NCBI GenBank assembly: GCA_049512315.1
Contig: JBEKXF010000022.1
Location: 62,001-100,651 of the forward strand
Length of the DNA stretch: 38,651 nt
Direction: 5' to 3'
DNA from: Candidatus Aminicenantales bacterium
GTDB taxonomy: Bacteria; Acidobacteriota; Aminicenantia; Aminicenantales; Saccharicenantaceae
A program made the translations under genes and the position numbers. Of the stretch, positions 17,241-26,149 are shown one piece after another (the stretch's first letter is position 1; each line of letters opens with the position of its first letter). Below the pieces are notes generated by a model that saw only the letters and a program-made list of their open reading frames with translations, searched no databases and had not been told where the DNA came from.

Positions 17241-18428
17241 TCATTCGGCCGCGTTCGGCGCGGCGTTCGGGTCTTCGAGGAAATCCTGGCGGATCCGGTC
17301 GAGGAGGCGCGGCTCGGTCAAGATGCGGAAGCCCGCGCAAGCCAGGAAGAAGACGCCGTCGAGGAGGGCGCGCTCGCCGCTGGCCCCCACGGCGTCCCGG
17401 GCGAATTCCTCGGTGTGGATAAGGAAATCACTGGCTTTGACCATTGGCTCGATCGTCGGGACGACCTGGGACACGTTGGCCAGGTCGGTCGAACCATAGG
17501 ATTCCCGTGTTTTCCTGGGCTCAGACCGCCCGCGGTCCTCGAACAGCCCCGCGAACAGGTCCTCCAAGGCGGGGTTTCGCCGGAAGGTCGTCACGCCGGG
17601 CCCGGGCTCGGTGACCTGGCACCGGCATCCGGTGGCCGCCGCGGCCGCCTGAGCCAGGGCCGTGACCTGTTCGAAGAGCCCCTCGAGCTTCGGCAAGGTG
17701 TCCGCCCGGAGCGAGAACCTGCCGCGGGAATAGTCAGGGATGATGTTCGGCGCCTGCCCTCCCTCCTCGATGATGCCGTGGAAGAGGCAGCCCGCGGGAA
17801 GCTTGGTTCGGGGCAGAGCCGCCGAATGGTAAAAGAGGACGAGCGCGTCCAGGGCATTGATCCCTTCCCGCGGCGCGGCCGCGGCATGAGCCTTCTTGCC
17901 GAAGTATTCGACGACGAGCGTGCGCCGGGCCATGGCCTGGCCGACGACCGTGTCCAGCGCGTGCGGGTGGACCTGGAGGACAACGTCGGAATTCTCGAAG
18001 ACGCCGTCCTGGATCATCCGGACTTTGCCGCTGCCCCTTTCCTCGGCGGGCGTTCCGACGACCTCGATCGTGCCGCCGACCTCGGGGCCGATGACGGATT
18101 TGAGGACGACGGCGGCGTACGTCCCGGCGGCGGCGATGATGTTGTGTCCGCAGGCGTGGCCGAGGCCGGGCAGAGCGTCCATTTCGGCCGTGAACGTCAC
18201 CCGGGGCCGGCCGGCGGCGAGCCTGGTAACGGCCCGGAACGAGGTCGGGAGGGAACTCGTCGCCGGGGATACGGTGAAGCCCTCGGCCGAGAGGACGGAC
18301 TGGAGCAGGTGCGACGTCCGGACTTCCTGGAAAGCCAGCTCGGGGTCGGCATGGATGCGCCGGCTCAGGCCCAGGATGTCGGCCCGGCGGCGTTCGATCT
18401 CCTTCGCGATGTCGGCGCACGTCATCAT
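17241..18428 (-). CDS. M20D amidohydrolase (ACY1L2/PM20D2/HmrA-like)
   Basis: HADPELAFQE, AEMDALPGLGHACGHN, GTPAEE, VHP, GKKAHAAAAP, GSTDLANVS. Confidence 0.92.
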   Translation of the reverse strand: MMTCADIAKEIERRRADILGLSRRIHADPELAFQEVRTSHLLQSVLSAEGFTVSPATSSLPTSFRAVTRLAAGRPRVTFTAEMDALPGLGHACGHNIIAAAGTYAAVVLKSVIGPEVGGTIEVVGTPAEERGSGKVRMIQDGVFENSDVVLQVHPHALDTVVGQAMARRTLVVEYFGKKAHAAAAPREGINALDALVLFYHSAALPRTKLPAGCLFHGIIEEGGQAPNIIPDYSRGRFSLRADTLPKLEGLFEQVTALAQAAAAATGCRCQVTEPGPGVTTFRRNPALEDLFAGLFEDRGRSEPRKTRESYGSTDLANVSQVVPTIEPMVKASDFLIHTEEFARDAVGASGERALLDGVFFLACAGFRILTEPRLLDRIRQDFLEDPNAAPNAAE

Positions 18429-18442
18429 GTTTTTTTCGCCTT

Positions 18443-18472
18443 ATGATAATTCAAAATGAAAAACCAAGTCAA
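18443..18472 (-). promoter_or_regulatory. sigma70-type promoter of the M20-racemase-ligase operon
   Basis: TTGACT (18472-18467), 18 bp AT-rich spacer, TATCAT (18448-18443). ATG follows 14 nt later with no SD. Confidence 0.6.
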
Positions 18473-18479
18473 AGCCGGA

Positions 18480-19511
18480 TCAGACGACGAGCATGCAGTC
18501 GCCGTAGGAAAAGAAGCGATAGCTTTCATGGACGGCTTCCCGGTAGGCGCGCATGATCAGATCGTGTCCGGCGAAGGCCGCGACGAGCATCAGGAGGGTG
18601 GATCTCGGCAGGTGGAAGTTCGTCAGCAGCCGGTCGACGACGTGGAATTCATAACCCGGATAGATGAATAAGGATGTCGAGCCGCGGCCGGGGCGGAGCT
18701 CCCCGTCGCGCCAGGCGCTTTCGAGGGTCCGGACGACCGTCGTCCCGACCGCGGTGACCGGCCGCTCGTCCGCTTTGGCGGCCTTGATGCCCCGCGCCGC
18801 GGCGGGCGATATCGAATACCATTCCTCGAGCATCCTGTGCTCGGCCACGACCTCTGCCCGGACTGGCTGGAAGGTCGCCAGGCCCACCTCGAGGGTCACT
18901 CGCCGGACTCCGATGCCTTTGGCTTCGAGCTTCCTGAACAGATCCTTCGTGAAATGGAGCCCGGCCGTGGGCGCCGCGATGGCCCCTTCTCTCCGGGCGA
19001 AGACGGTCTGGTACCTGTCGAGATCCTCAGGCCGAAGCCGGCGGTCCTCCGGGCCCCGCTTGATGTACGGTGGCAGGGGAGCGTAGCCGATCGTTTCGAG
19101 CTCGGCCCGGACATCCGGCCTCTCGAAGCGGAGGACCCGTTTCCCTTCTTCCCCGACCTCCTCGACAAAGGCCTCGAAGCCCGGGGCGAAGCGGATCTTA
19201 TGTCCTTTTTCGAGCTTGCGGGCCGGCCGGCACAGCACTTCCCAAAGGCCGGGCCCGCGTTCCTTAAGGAACAGGAACTCGATCTTTGCCCCGCCGTGTT
19301 CGCCCCAGGCCCTTGCGGGAATGACTTTCGTATCGTTGAGGACGAAAAGGTCGCAGGCCGCGAAGAAACCGGGGAGTTCCTTGAAAAGGCCGTGGCGGAT
19401 CCGGCCGGTCGTCCTTTCGACGATCATCATCCGCGAGTCGTCCCGATGGGGGAGGGGGTGCTGGGCGATGAGCCCCGGCGGCAGGTCGTAGTCGAAATCC
19501 GAGACCCGCAT
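18480..19511 (-). CDS. queA: tRNA preQ1 S-adenosylmethionine ribosyltransferase-isomerase
   Basis: DFDYDLP..LIAQHP, NDTKVIPAR, PLPPYIKR, YQTVFA, AAPTAGLHF, LTNFHLPRSTL, YRFFSYGDCML. Confidence 0.98.
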   Translation of the reverse strand: MRVSDFDYDLPPGLIAQHPLPHRDDSRMMIVERTTGRIRHGLFKELPGFFAACDLFVLNDTKVIPARAWGEHGGAKIEFLFLKERGPGLWEVLCRPARKLEKGHKIRFAPGFEAFVEEVGEEGKRVLRFERPDVRAELETIGYAPLPPYIKRGPEDRRLRPEDLDRYQTVFARREGAIAAPTAGLHFTKDLFRKLEAKGIGVRRVTLEVGLATFQPVRAEVVAEHRMLEEWYSISPAAARGIKAAKADERPVTAVGTTVVRTLESAWRDGELRPGRGSTSLFIYPGYEFHVVDRLLTNFHLPRSTLLMLVAAFAGHDLIMRAYREAVHESYRFFSYGDCMLVV

Positions 19512-19513
19512 CC

Positions 19514-20581
19514 TCAGTCTTTGAACAGCTTCTTCTGGCCGGCGGGCCGCGCCTTCCCGTCGGCCTTTCCGGCCGCGTGCGCCCGGGAACCTTCGAATTC
19601 GTAGCCTAGGTGGGCGTAGGCCCGCGGGGTGATCACCCGGCCGCGGATCGTCCGGTCAAGGAAGCCGATGCGCATGAGGAAGGGTTCGTAGATGGACTCG
19701 ATCGTGTCCTTCTCCTCGTCGATGGCCGCGGCGATGGTGGCGATCCCGACCGGCCCGCCGCCGAAGTTCTCGATGATGGTCGTGAGGATCTTCCGGTCGA
19801 CGTCGTCGAGGCCCAACGAATCGACCTCCATCATGTCCAGGGCCTTCCGGGCCTCCTTGGCGGTGATGACGCCGTCGCCCTTGACGTCGACGTAATCGCG
19901 GACCCGCCGCAGCAGGCGGTTGGCCACGCGCGGCGTCCCCCGCGACCTGAGGGCGATCTCGCCGGCGCCGTCGCCGTCGATCTTGACCTTGAGGATCTTG
20001 GCCGACCGCTGGATGACCTGCTTCAGGTCATCGTCCTTGTAGTAGTCGAGGCGGTGGATGATGCCGAACCGGCCCCGGAGAGGCGCCGTGATCCGGCCCG
20101 CCCGGGTCGTCGCCCCGATCAGGGTGAACTTCTTGATCTTGAGCTTGTGACTCCTGGCGCCGGGGCCCTGGCCGATGACGATGTCCAGGCTGAAGTCCTC
20201 CATGGCCGAATAAAGGATCTCCTCGACCGAGGGCTGGAGGCGATGGATCTCGTCGATGAACAGGACCTCTTTCGTCTGCATGTTGGTCAGGATGGCCGAC
20301 AGGTCGCCGGTCCGCTCGATGACCGGGCCCGCGGTCGGCTTGATGGTGACACCCATCTCTTTGGCGATGAGGTAGGCCAAGCTGGTCTTGCCCAGCCCCG
20401 GGGGACCGTAGAGAAGGACGTGATCGAGCTGCTCGCCGCGCTTCTTCGCCGCCTCGATGAAGACCCTGAGGTTGGCCTTGACGGTCAGCTGGCCGACGAA
20501 CTCATCAAAGGTCCGGGGCCTGAGGCTGTCCTCGAAAAGGACGTCCTCCTTGGTCCGGATGGGGCTGAGGATCGCGGGCAT
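19514..20581 (-). CDS. ruvB: Holliday junction branch migration helicase RuvB
   Basis: [55 protein letters not shown]. Confidence 0.98.
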   Translation of the reverse strand: MPAILSPIRTKEDVLFEDSLRPRTFDEFVGQLTVKANLRVFIEAAKKRGEQLDHVLLYGPPGLGKTSLAYLIAKEMGVTIKPTAGPVIERTGDLSAILTNMQTKEVLFIDEIHRLQPSVEEILYSAMEDFSLDIVIGQGPGARSHKLKIKKFTLIGATTRAGRITAPLRGRFGIIHRLDYYKDDDLKQVIQRSAKILKVKIDGDGAGEIALRSRGTPRVANRLLRRVRDYVDVKGDGVITAKEARKALDMMEVDSLGLDDVDRKILTTIIENFGGGPVGIATIAAAIDEEKDTIESIYEPFLMRIGFLDRTIRGRVITPRAYAHLGYEFEGSRAHAAGKADGKARPAGQKKLFKD

Positions 20582-20593
20582 GGCTATTAATTA

Positions 20594-21181
20594 CTATATT
20601 TTCGCCAGGCGCTTCAAGCAGTCTCTGAGGAGCTTTTCGAATCCCGCGCCGGATTTCTGGGCGCCCATGGCCTGATCCGCGACCTGTTCGACCTCCTTGC
20701 GCCGGAAGCCCATGTTAAGGAGGGCGGAAACGAGGTCCTCCCTCTCCGGCGATCCCTTGGCCGCCAGGAGCTTCTCCTTCTTTTCGAGCTTGTCCTGGAG
20801 TTCCATGGTGATCCGGAGGGCCGTCTTCTTCCCGATGCCGGGGACGAGCGCGATCCGGGCGACGTCGCTCTTGCGGATCGCCTCCTCGAGGTCCCCGGGC
20901 TCGATGCCGGAGAGGATGTTCATGGCCAGCTTCGGCCCGATCCCGGAGATCCCGATTAGCTTGAGGAACATATCCTTCTCTTCTTCCGCGGCGAAGCCGA
21001 AAAGGGAGAGGGAATCATCGGTCATGTGGGTGTAGATGAGGAGCTCGGCCGGTTCCCGGACCTCGCCGAGCTTGAAATAGGTGCTGAGGGGAATCGTGGC
21101 GCGGTAGCCTACGCCGCCGGTCTCGATGATGACCTGGCCGGGGGATTTGGAGATGAGGATCCCTTTGAGATAGGCGATCAT
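20594..21181 (-). CDS. ruvA: Holliday junction DNA-binding protein RuvA
   Basis: MIAYLKG, GGVGY, ISGIGPKLA, VPGIGKKTA; lies between ruvC and ruvB. Confidence 0.97.
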   Translation of the reverse strand: MIAYLKGILISKSPGQVIIETGGVGYRATIPLSTYFKLGEVREPAELLIYTHMTDDSLSLFGFAAEEEKDMFLKLIGISGIGPKLAMNILSGIEPGDLEEAIRKSDVARIALVPGIGKKTALRITMELQDKLEKKEKLLAAKGSPEREDLVSALLNMGFRRKEVEQVADQAMGAQKSGAGFEKLLRDCLKRLAKI

Positions 21182-21681
21182 GACGGGTCCGGTCCCTCCA
21201 TTTTGATCTGGGAGAGCCGGCAGTTGAGGTGGCAGATCGCGGCGGCCAGGGCGTCGGAGGCGTCGAGCGGGATCCTGTCGTCATCGAGGCCGAGGAGCGC
21301 CTGGACCATGGTCTGGACCTGCTCTTTGTCCGCCTGGCCGTAGCCGGTCACGGCCTTCTTGATCTCCAGGGCCGAGTATTCGTAGAAGCCGCAATCCGTC
21401 CCGGCGATGGCGACGAGGACCGCCCCCCGGACCTGTCCGAGGAGCATGGCCGTCTTCACGTTCTTGGCGTAGAAAGGGTTCTCGATGGCCGCCTCGTCCG
21501 GCCCGTAGTCCCGGATGAGCTTCTCGATCTCCTCACGGATCTCGTTCAGCTTCCTGAAAAAGGGGAGGCCGGAGATGGGCTTGATGACGCCGTAGGCGAC
21601 GGGCCTGGCCCGGTCGCCGTCGTTCTCGATGATCCCGAACCCCGAGGACTGAAGGCTTGGATCGATCCCGAGAACCCGCAT
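21178..21681 (-). CDS. ruvC: crossover junction endodeoxyribonuclease RuvC
   Basis: LGIDP, AIENPF, LGQVRGA, KKAVTGYGQADKEQV, DASDALAAAICH. Confidence 0.98.
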   Translation of the reverse strand: MRVLGIDPSLQSSGFGIIENDGDRARPVAYGVIKPISGLPFFRKLNEIREEIEKLIRDYGPDEAAIENPFYAKNVKTAMLLGQVRGAVLVAIAGTDCGFYEYSALEIKKAVTGYGQADKEQVQTMVQALLGLDDDRIPLDASDALAAAICHLNCRLSQIKMEGPDPS

Positions 21682-21697
21682 GGACCTTGAACGGCCG

Positions 21698-22453
21698 TCA
21701 GCCGGCTTGGGAGAAGCTGGCGATCTCCTCTTCGGAAATGTCGAAATTGGACGAGACGTTCTGGACGTCGTCGTGGTCCTCGAGCTCCTCCATCAGCCGG
21801 AGGACCTGATGGGCTTCCTTGCCCTCGACCTTGATGTAATTCTGGGGAAGGTAGCCGACGTCGGACGAGGAAATCTCGATATTGTTCTTCTTGAGGGCCT
21901 CGAAAACGGCCTCATATTTTTCGGGGGAGGTCGTGATCTCGAAGAGTGAACCGTCGTCCCTGAGGTCGTCGGCGCCGTTCGACAGGGCGATATCCATGAG
22001 CTGGTCCTCATCGGCCTTGCCTTTTTCGACGTCGATGTAGCCCATGCGCTTGAACATCCAGGCGACGCATCCGGTTTCTCCGATCCGTCCGCCGTTCTTG
22101 GCGAAGACATGCCGGAGCTCGGAGACCGTCCGGTTCTTGTTGTCGGTCACGGCCTGGATGAAGATGGCGACCCCGCTCGGACCGTAGCCCTCGTAGGTGA
22201 CTTCCTCGTACGCGGCGCCCTCGAGCTGGCCGGTGCCCTTCTGGATGGCCCGCTTAATGTTGTCGGCGGGCATGTTCATGGCCCGGGCGTCGTTGACGGC
22301 TTTGCGGAGGCGGGGGTTCTTGTCGGAGTCCCCTCCGGCGGCCCGGGCGGCCATGCTGATCTCGCGGATCAACTTGGTAAAGACTTTGCCCCGCTTGGAG
22401 TCAGCCGCGGCCTTTTTATGCTTGATGGAAGCCCATTTGGAATGTCCGGACAT
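21698..22453 (-). CDS. yebC: YebC/PmpR family protein
   Basis: MSGHSKWASIKHKK, YEGYGPSG, TDNKNRT, LEDHDDVQNV. Confidence 0.97.
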   Translation of the reverse strand: MSGHSKWASIKHKKAAADSKRGKVFTKLIREISMAARAAGGDSDKNPRLRKAVNDARAMNMPADNIKRAIQKGTGQLEGAAYEEVTYEGYGPSGVAIFIQAVTDNKNRTVSELRHVFAKNGGRIGETGCVAWMFKRMGYIDVEKGKADEDQLMDIALSNGADDLRDDGSLFEITTSPEKYEAVFEALKKNNIEISSSDVGYLPQNYIKVEGKEAHQVLRLMEELEDHDDVQNVSSNFDISEEEIASFSQAG

Positions 22454-22483
22454 CGTCCTCTCCTTAATCTTTCGAGCCTCAAA

Positions 22484-22512
22484 ATCTTAACATAAATAAC
22501 GGACCGGTGCAA
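22484..22512 (-). promoter_or_regulatory. sigma70 promoter of yebC-ruvCAB-queA
   Basis: TTGCAC (22512-22507), 17 bp, TAAGAT (22489-22484) with an extended TGn. Confidence 0.6.
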
Positions 22513-22593
22513 ACGGCCGGGCAAGGCGGGCCTTTTCGAATAAAAGCGGATTTTTCTTGGTTGGACGTCCGCCGGTCGGGGCCTGCCGGAAAC

Positions 22594-22620
22594 CAAATAA
22601 TATAAAATATATAGGAATTG
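22594..22620. promoter_or_regulatory. candidate Rrf2-family operator overlapping the -35 of the DUF2892-copA promoter
   Basis: CAAATAATATA-N5-TATAGGAATTG imperfect palindrome (8/11). TATAGGAATT recurs at 30036-30045 upstream of rrf2. Confidence 0.45.
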
Positions 22621-22646
22621 TAAAGTATTGGCCGGCATGCTATAAT
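22618..22646 (+). promoter_or_regulatory. sigma70 promoter of DUF2892-copA
   Basis: TTGTAA (22618-22623), 17 bp, TATAAT (22641-22646) with an extended TGn. Confidence 0.75.
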
Positions 22647-22668
22647 CCTTCCGTTGAAGGAGGTTGGC

Positions 22669-22878
22669 ATGAAAACCAACATGGGCGGCTTGGACCGTAT
22701 CCTGTGCCTGATCTTGGTGATCGTCGTGGGCGTTCTGTTCTTCACCAAGCAGATCACGGGAACCGCGGCCATCATTCTGGGCGTCCTCGCCGTCGTCTTT
22801 GTCCTGACCAGCCTCGTCGGCTTCTGCCCGATCTACGTTCCGCTGGGCATCTCGACGAAGAAGAAGGTCCGGAGCTGA
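22669..22878 (+). CDS. DUF2892 (YgaP-like) small membrane protein
   Basis: [20 protein letters not shown]...[17 protein letters not shown] pattern with two TM helices. Confidence 0.9.
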   Translation: MKTNMGGLDRILCLILVIVVGVLFFTKQITGTAAIILGVLAVVFVLTSLVGFCPIYVPLGISTKKKVRS

Positions 22879-22894
22879 GGCCCGGCGGCGACGG

Positions 22895-25120
22895 ATGTCC
22901 GACAAAGAGGGATCCCGCCGAGTTGACCTCCCCATCCTTGGGATGAGCTGCGCCGGGTGCGCCGCCAACGTCGAGCGCGGCCTGCGGGACGTCCCCGGCG
23001 TCCAGGAGGCCAACGTCAACTTCGCCACGGCCCGGGCGGCCGTTTTTTTCGACCCGGCGCGCGCCAACACGGAAATCCTTGTTAAAGCGGTCAGGGAAGC
23101 CGGGTACGACGTGGCTGCGAGCATCGATACGGAGAAGCTCCTCAGGGAAAAAGAGTATACATCCGTCCGGAACAAGGTCATCGCTGGAGGGATCCTGGCT
23201 GCCCTGATCTTCCTGGGCAGCATGAGGCACTGGTTCCCCTGGGTGCCGGCCTTCCTCCAGAATTTCTTCGTCCTCTGGGCCCTGGCGACCCCCGTCCAGT
23301 TCGTCATCGGCGCCCAGTTCTACCGCGGCGCCTGGGGCGCTTTCCGGCACCGGACCGCGGACATGAACACCCTCATCGCCGTCGGCACGTCCGCCGCTTA
23401 TTTTTACAGCGCGGCGGCGACCCTTTTTCCCTCGCTTTTCCGCTCGGCCGGAGTCGCTGCGGACGTCTACTTCGACACGTCGGCGGTCATCATCGTCCTC
23501 ATCCTCTTCGGCCGGATGCTCGAGGCCCGGGCCAAGGACCGGACGTCGGAGGCCATCAAGAGGCTCATGGGACTTCAGCCCAATACGGCCCGCGTCCTGA
23601 GGGACGGCGCCGAAGGGGATATCCCGATCGATGAGGTCCTCGTGGGCGACTCCGTCATCGTCCGCCCGGGAGAGAAAATCCCCGTGGACGGGACCGTTCT
23701 CGAAGGCCGGTCGGCCGTCGACGAATCGATGATCACCGGGGAGAGCCTGCCGGTGGACAAGGGGCCGGGAGACGCGGTCATCGGGGCCACCCTCAACAAG
23801 CTGGGGAGCTTCACCTTCCGGGCCGCGAAGGTCGGCAAGGACACGGCCCTGGCCCAGATCATCAAGCTCGTGGAGGATGCCCAGGGGACCAAGGCTCCGA
23901 TCCAGCGGCTCGCCGACCGGATCGCCGGCTATTTCGTCCCGGTCGTGATCTCCATCGCCATCGCTACCTTCGTCATTTGGTTCGACTTCGGGCCGTCCCC
24001 CCGCCTGACCTTCGCCCTCCTGAATTTCGTGGCCGTTATGATCATCGCCTGTCCCTGCGCCTTGGGCCTGGCAACCCCGACGGCCGTCATGGTCGGGACG
24101 GGAAAGGGGGCCGAGCGAGGAATCCTCATCAAGAGCGGCGAAAGCCTGGAAACGGCCCATCAGATTGACACCGTCATCTTCGACAAGACCGGGACCCTGA
24201 CCAAGGGCGAGCCCGAAGTCACGGACGTCATCCCCGCCGCGGGATACCTCCCCGATAAGGTCCTGGCCTTGGCCGGGAGCGCCGAGCGAATGTCGGAGCA
24301 TCCCCTGGGCCAGGCCATCGCCCACAGGGCCCGGGAAACGGGCATCTCCCTTGACGCGCCGTCCGAATTCCGGGCCCTGGAAGGCCTGGGCGTCGAGGCC
24401 CTGGTTTCTGGGCAGAGGGTCGTGGTCGGAAGCCTCAAGCTGGCCCTCCAGGCGGGGGCCGATCCGGGCAGCCTCGTTATCCGGGCCGAGGAGCTGGCCC
24501 TCGAAGGAAAGACGAGCGCTTACGTCATCGCCGGCGGGAAGCCTGCCGGGCTCCTGGCCGTCGCCGACACTCTCAAGGGAAGTGCCGCGCCCGCCGTCGG
24601 CAAGCTCATAAAAATGGGGCTCAACGTCGTCATGCTCACGGGTGACGGCCGCGGGGCGGCCCAGGCGATGGCCCGGAAAGCCGGCATCGCCACCGTCATC
24701 TCTGAGGTCCTGCCGGGCGAGAAGGCCGGTGTCGTCAGGAAGCTCCAGTCGGAGGGCCGGAAGGTGGCCATGGTGGGCGACGGGATCAACGACGCACCGG
24801 CCCTGGTCCAGGCCGATCTCGGGATCGCCATCGGCACCGGGACCGACGTGGCCATGGAATCGTCCGACATCACCCTGATCTCGGGCGATCTCGGGGGCGT
24901 CCCCGCGGCCATCGAGCTCAGCCGCCGGACGATCCGGACCATCCGGCAGAACCTCTTCTGGGCCTTCTTCTACAACGTTATCGGGATTCCCGTCGCGGCC
25001 GGGGCCCTGTACCCCTTTTTCGGTGTCCTCCTCAACCCCATGATCGCTTCGGCGGCCATGGCCTTCAGCTCCGTTTCGGTCGTCTCCAATTCCTTGCGGC
25101 TCAGGCGCGCCAGGATCTGA
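22895..25120 (+). CDS. copA: Cu(I)-translocating P1B-type ATPase
   Basis: One HMA domain [40 protein letters not shown] in TM7, MAFSS in TM8. Confidence 0.95.
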   Translation: MSDKEGSRRVDLPILGMSCAGCAANVERGLRDVPGVQEANVNFATARAAVFFDPARANTEILVKAVREAGYDVAASIDTEKLLREKEYTSVRNKVIAGGILAALIFLGSMRHWFPWVPAFLQNFFVLWALATPVQFVIGAQFYRGAWGAFRHRTADMNTLIAVGTSAAYFYSAAATLFPSLFRSAGVAADVYFDTSAVIIVLILFGRMLEARAKDRTSEAIKRLMGLQPNTARVLRDGAEGDIPIDEVLVGDSVIVRPGEKIPVDGTVLEGRSAVDESMITGESLPVDKGPGDAVIGATLNKLGSFTFRAAKVGKDTALAQIIKLVEDAQGTKAPIQRLADRIAGYFVPVVISIAIATFVIWFDFGPSPRLTFALLNFVAVMIIACPCALGLATPTAVMVGTGKGAERGILIKSGESLETAHQIDTVIFDKTGTLTKGEPEVTDVIPAAGYLPDKVLALAGSAERMSEHPLGQAIAHRARETGISLDAPSEFRALEGLGVEALVSGQRVVVGSLKLALQAGADPGSLVIRAEELALEGKTSAYVIAGGKPAGLLAVADTLKGSAAPAVGKLIKMGLNVVMLTGDGRGAAQAMARKAGIATVISEVLPGEKAGVVRKLQSEGRKVAMVGDGINDAPALVQADLGIAIGTGTDVAMESSDITLISGDLGGVPAAIELSRRTIRTIRQNLFWAFFYNVIGIPVAAGALYPFFGVLLNPMIASAAMAFSSVSVVSNSLRLRRARI

Positions 25121-25134
25121 ACGGGAGGGAAGTC

Positions 25135-25236
25135 ATGGCGGAGAAGATCATCGTCACGGCGGCCGGACTCCTCCTCATCGCGGGAGTCAACTGGTATTTT
25201 CTTATCTCCGGCCGGAAGAGGCTGGGCCGCCGCTGA
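25135..25236 (+). CDS. 33-aa single-TM peptide resembling the N-terminal anchor of copA-linked cupredoxin proteins
   Basis: Below the ORF-track cutoff. GGGAGG RBS, 14 nt after the copA stop; MAEKIIVTAAGLLLIAGVNWYFLISGRKRLGRR; host-like codon usage. Confidence 0.7.
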   Translation: MAEKIIVTAAGLLLIAGVNWYFLISGRKRLGRR

Positions 25237-26092
25237 TCAGAATTTGAACCGGAGCGTCAGGCTCAGCCTGAGATAGGACGGGTCGATCCTGATCGTGCCC
25301 AGGCTGAGGGCGCTCTCGATCGGCTCGACGGGGTCGGTCAGCCCCCGGTTCGGCGAGACCTGCATCCTGAAGTCCGTCCTGGAGTTCAGGAAATAGCGGA
25401 CGTTCAGGGCGAGGATGACGGTCCGCATCACGGTGTAGGCAAGTTCGCCCCCCAGGTTGATCCCGAAGGTCGTCTTGGACCCGAAATCATAAACCAGCTG
25501 GTAGGTCTTGATATAGAGGGTATAAACGTCGGCGTCCTGCGCGAGCCGGAAGCTCCAGAAGCCCATCGGCGTGGCCTCGCCCTGGAGATAAAAGGCGGTC
25601 GCGCCGCCCGACAGGCTGAAGGCCAGGTCCAGGGACAGCGGAAAGCGGACGAGACCGTTCAGGCTGTAGGTCGTCTCGGTGAAGTCGCCCTTCGAACCGG
25701 GCCAGGCGTCCTGCCGGGTGTAGCTGCGGGCGCCGGTCGTCGTATAGCTCAGGTTCACGTCGTAATCCGAATTGCTTCCCCAGAGGCTCGGCCGGAAATA
25801 GTCCACCAGGACCTGGACTCCGGCGGTGTCGCCGACGAGGATGTTGAAAAACCCCGACATGCCATAGCCGATCTTTCCCCTCAGGCGGACCGTCTGCGAC
25901 GCGGAGCTGCCGACATAGTTGGCTAGGGGGTCATCGGCGGGGCGAACTGATTCACATACGACGTGCTGAGCGCCGGGGCGACCAGCGACCAGCCGAAGCC
26001 CAGCTCGGCCTTGACGGCGGCCCCCAGGGGGGGGCGGTCACGGCCAAGACCGTCAAAAATAGAGAAACCCCTAACGCGCGGAAATCTCTCAT
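25237..26092 (-). pseudogene. outer membrane beta-barrel protein gene with two frameshifts in poly-G/C tracts (pseudogene, phase-OFF allele or sequencing error)
   Basis: ATG 26092 after AGGAAGGAGG gives signal peptide MRDFRALGVSLFLTVLAVTAP. The frame shifts at G8 (26027-26034) and G5 (25926-25930). Adding one base to each tract joins the pieces into a 285-aa protein with amphipathic strands ending LSLTLRFKF. Confidence 0.75.
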
Positions 26093-26119
26093 GAGCGCCG
26101 CCTCCTTCCTCGGGGAAAA

Positions 26120-26148
26120 AGGTTATCACGGCGGGGAGGGAGAGTCAA
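26120..26148 (-). promoter_or_regulatory. sigma70 promoter of the beta-barrel gene
   Basis: TTGACT (26148-26143), 17 bp, TAACCT (26125-26120) with an extended TGn. Confidence 0.6.
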
Positions 26149-26149
26149 C

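Noticed and set aside
18480..22453. yebC-ruvC-ruvA-ruvB-queA as a novel system
   Set aside because: This is a widely conserved housekeeping gene order.
25923..25925. TAG inside the beta-barrel gene as a possible pyrrolysine or readthrough codon
   Set aside because: The downstream coding part is in a different frame (offset of 65 nt), so readthrough cannot join them. A frameshift is required.
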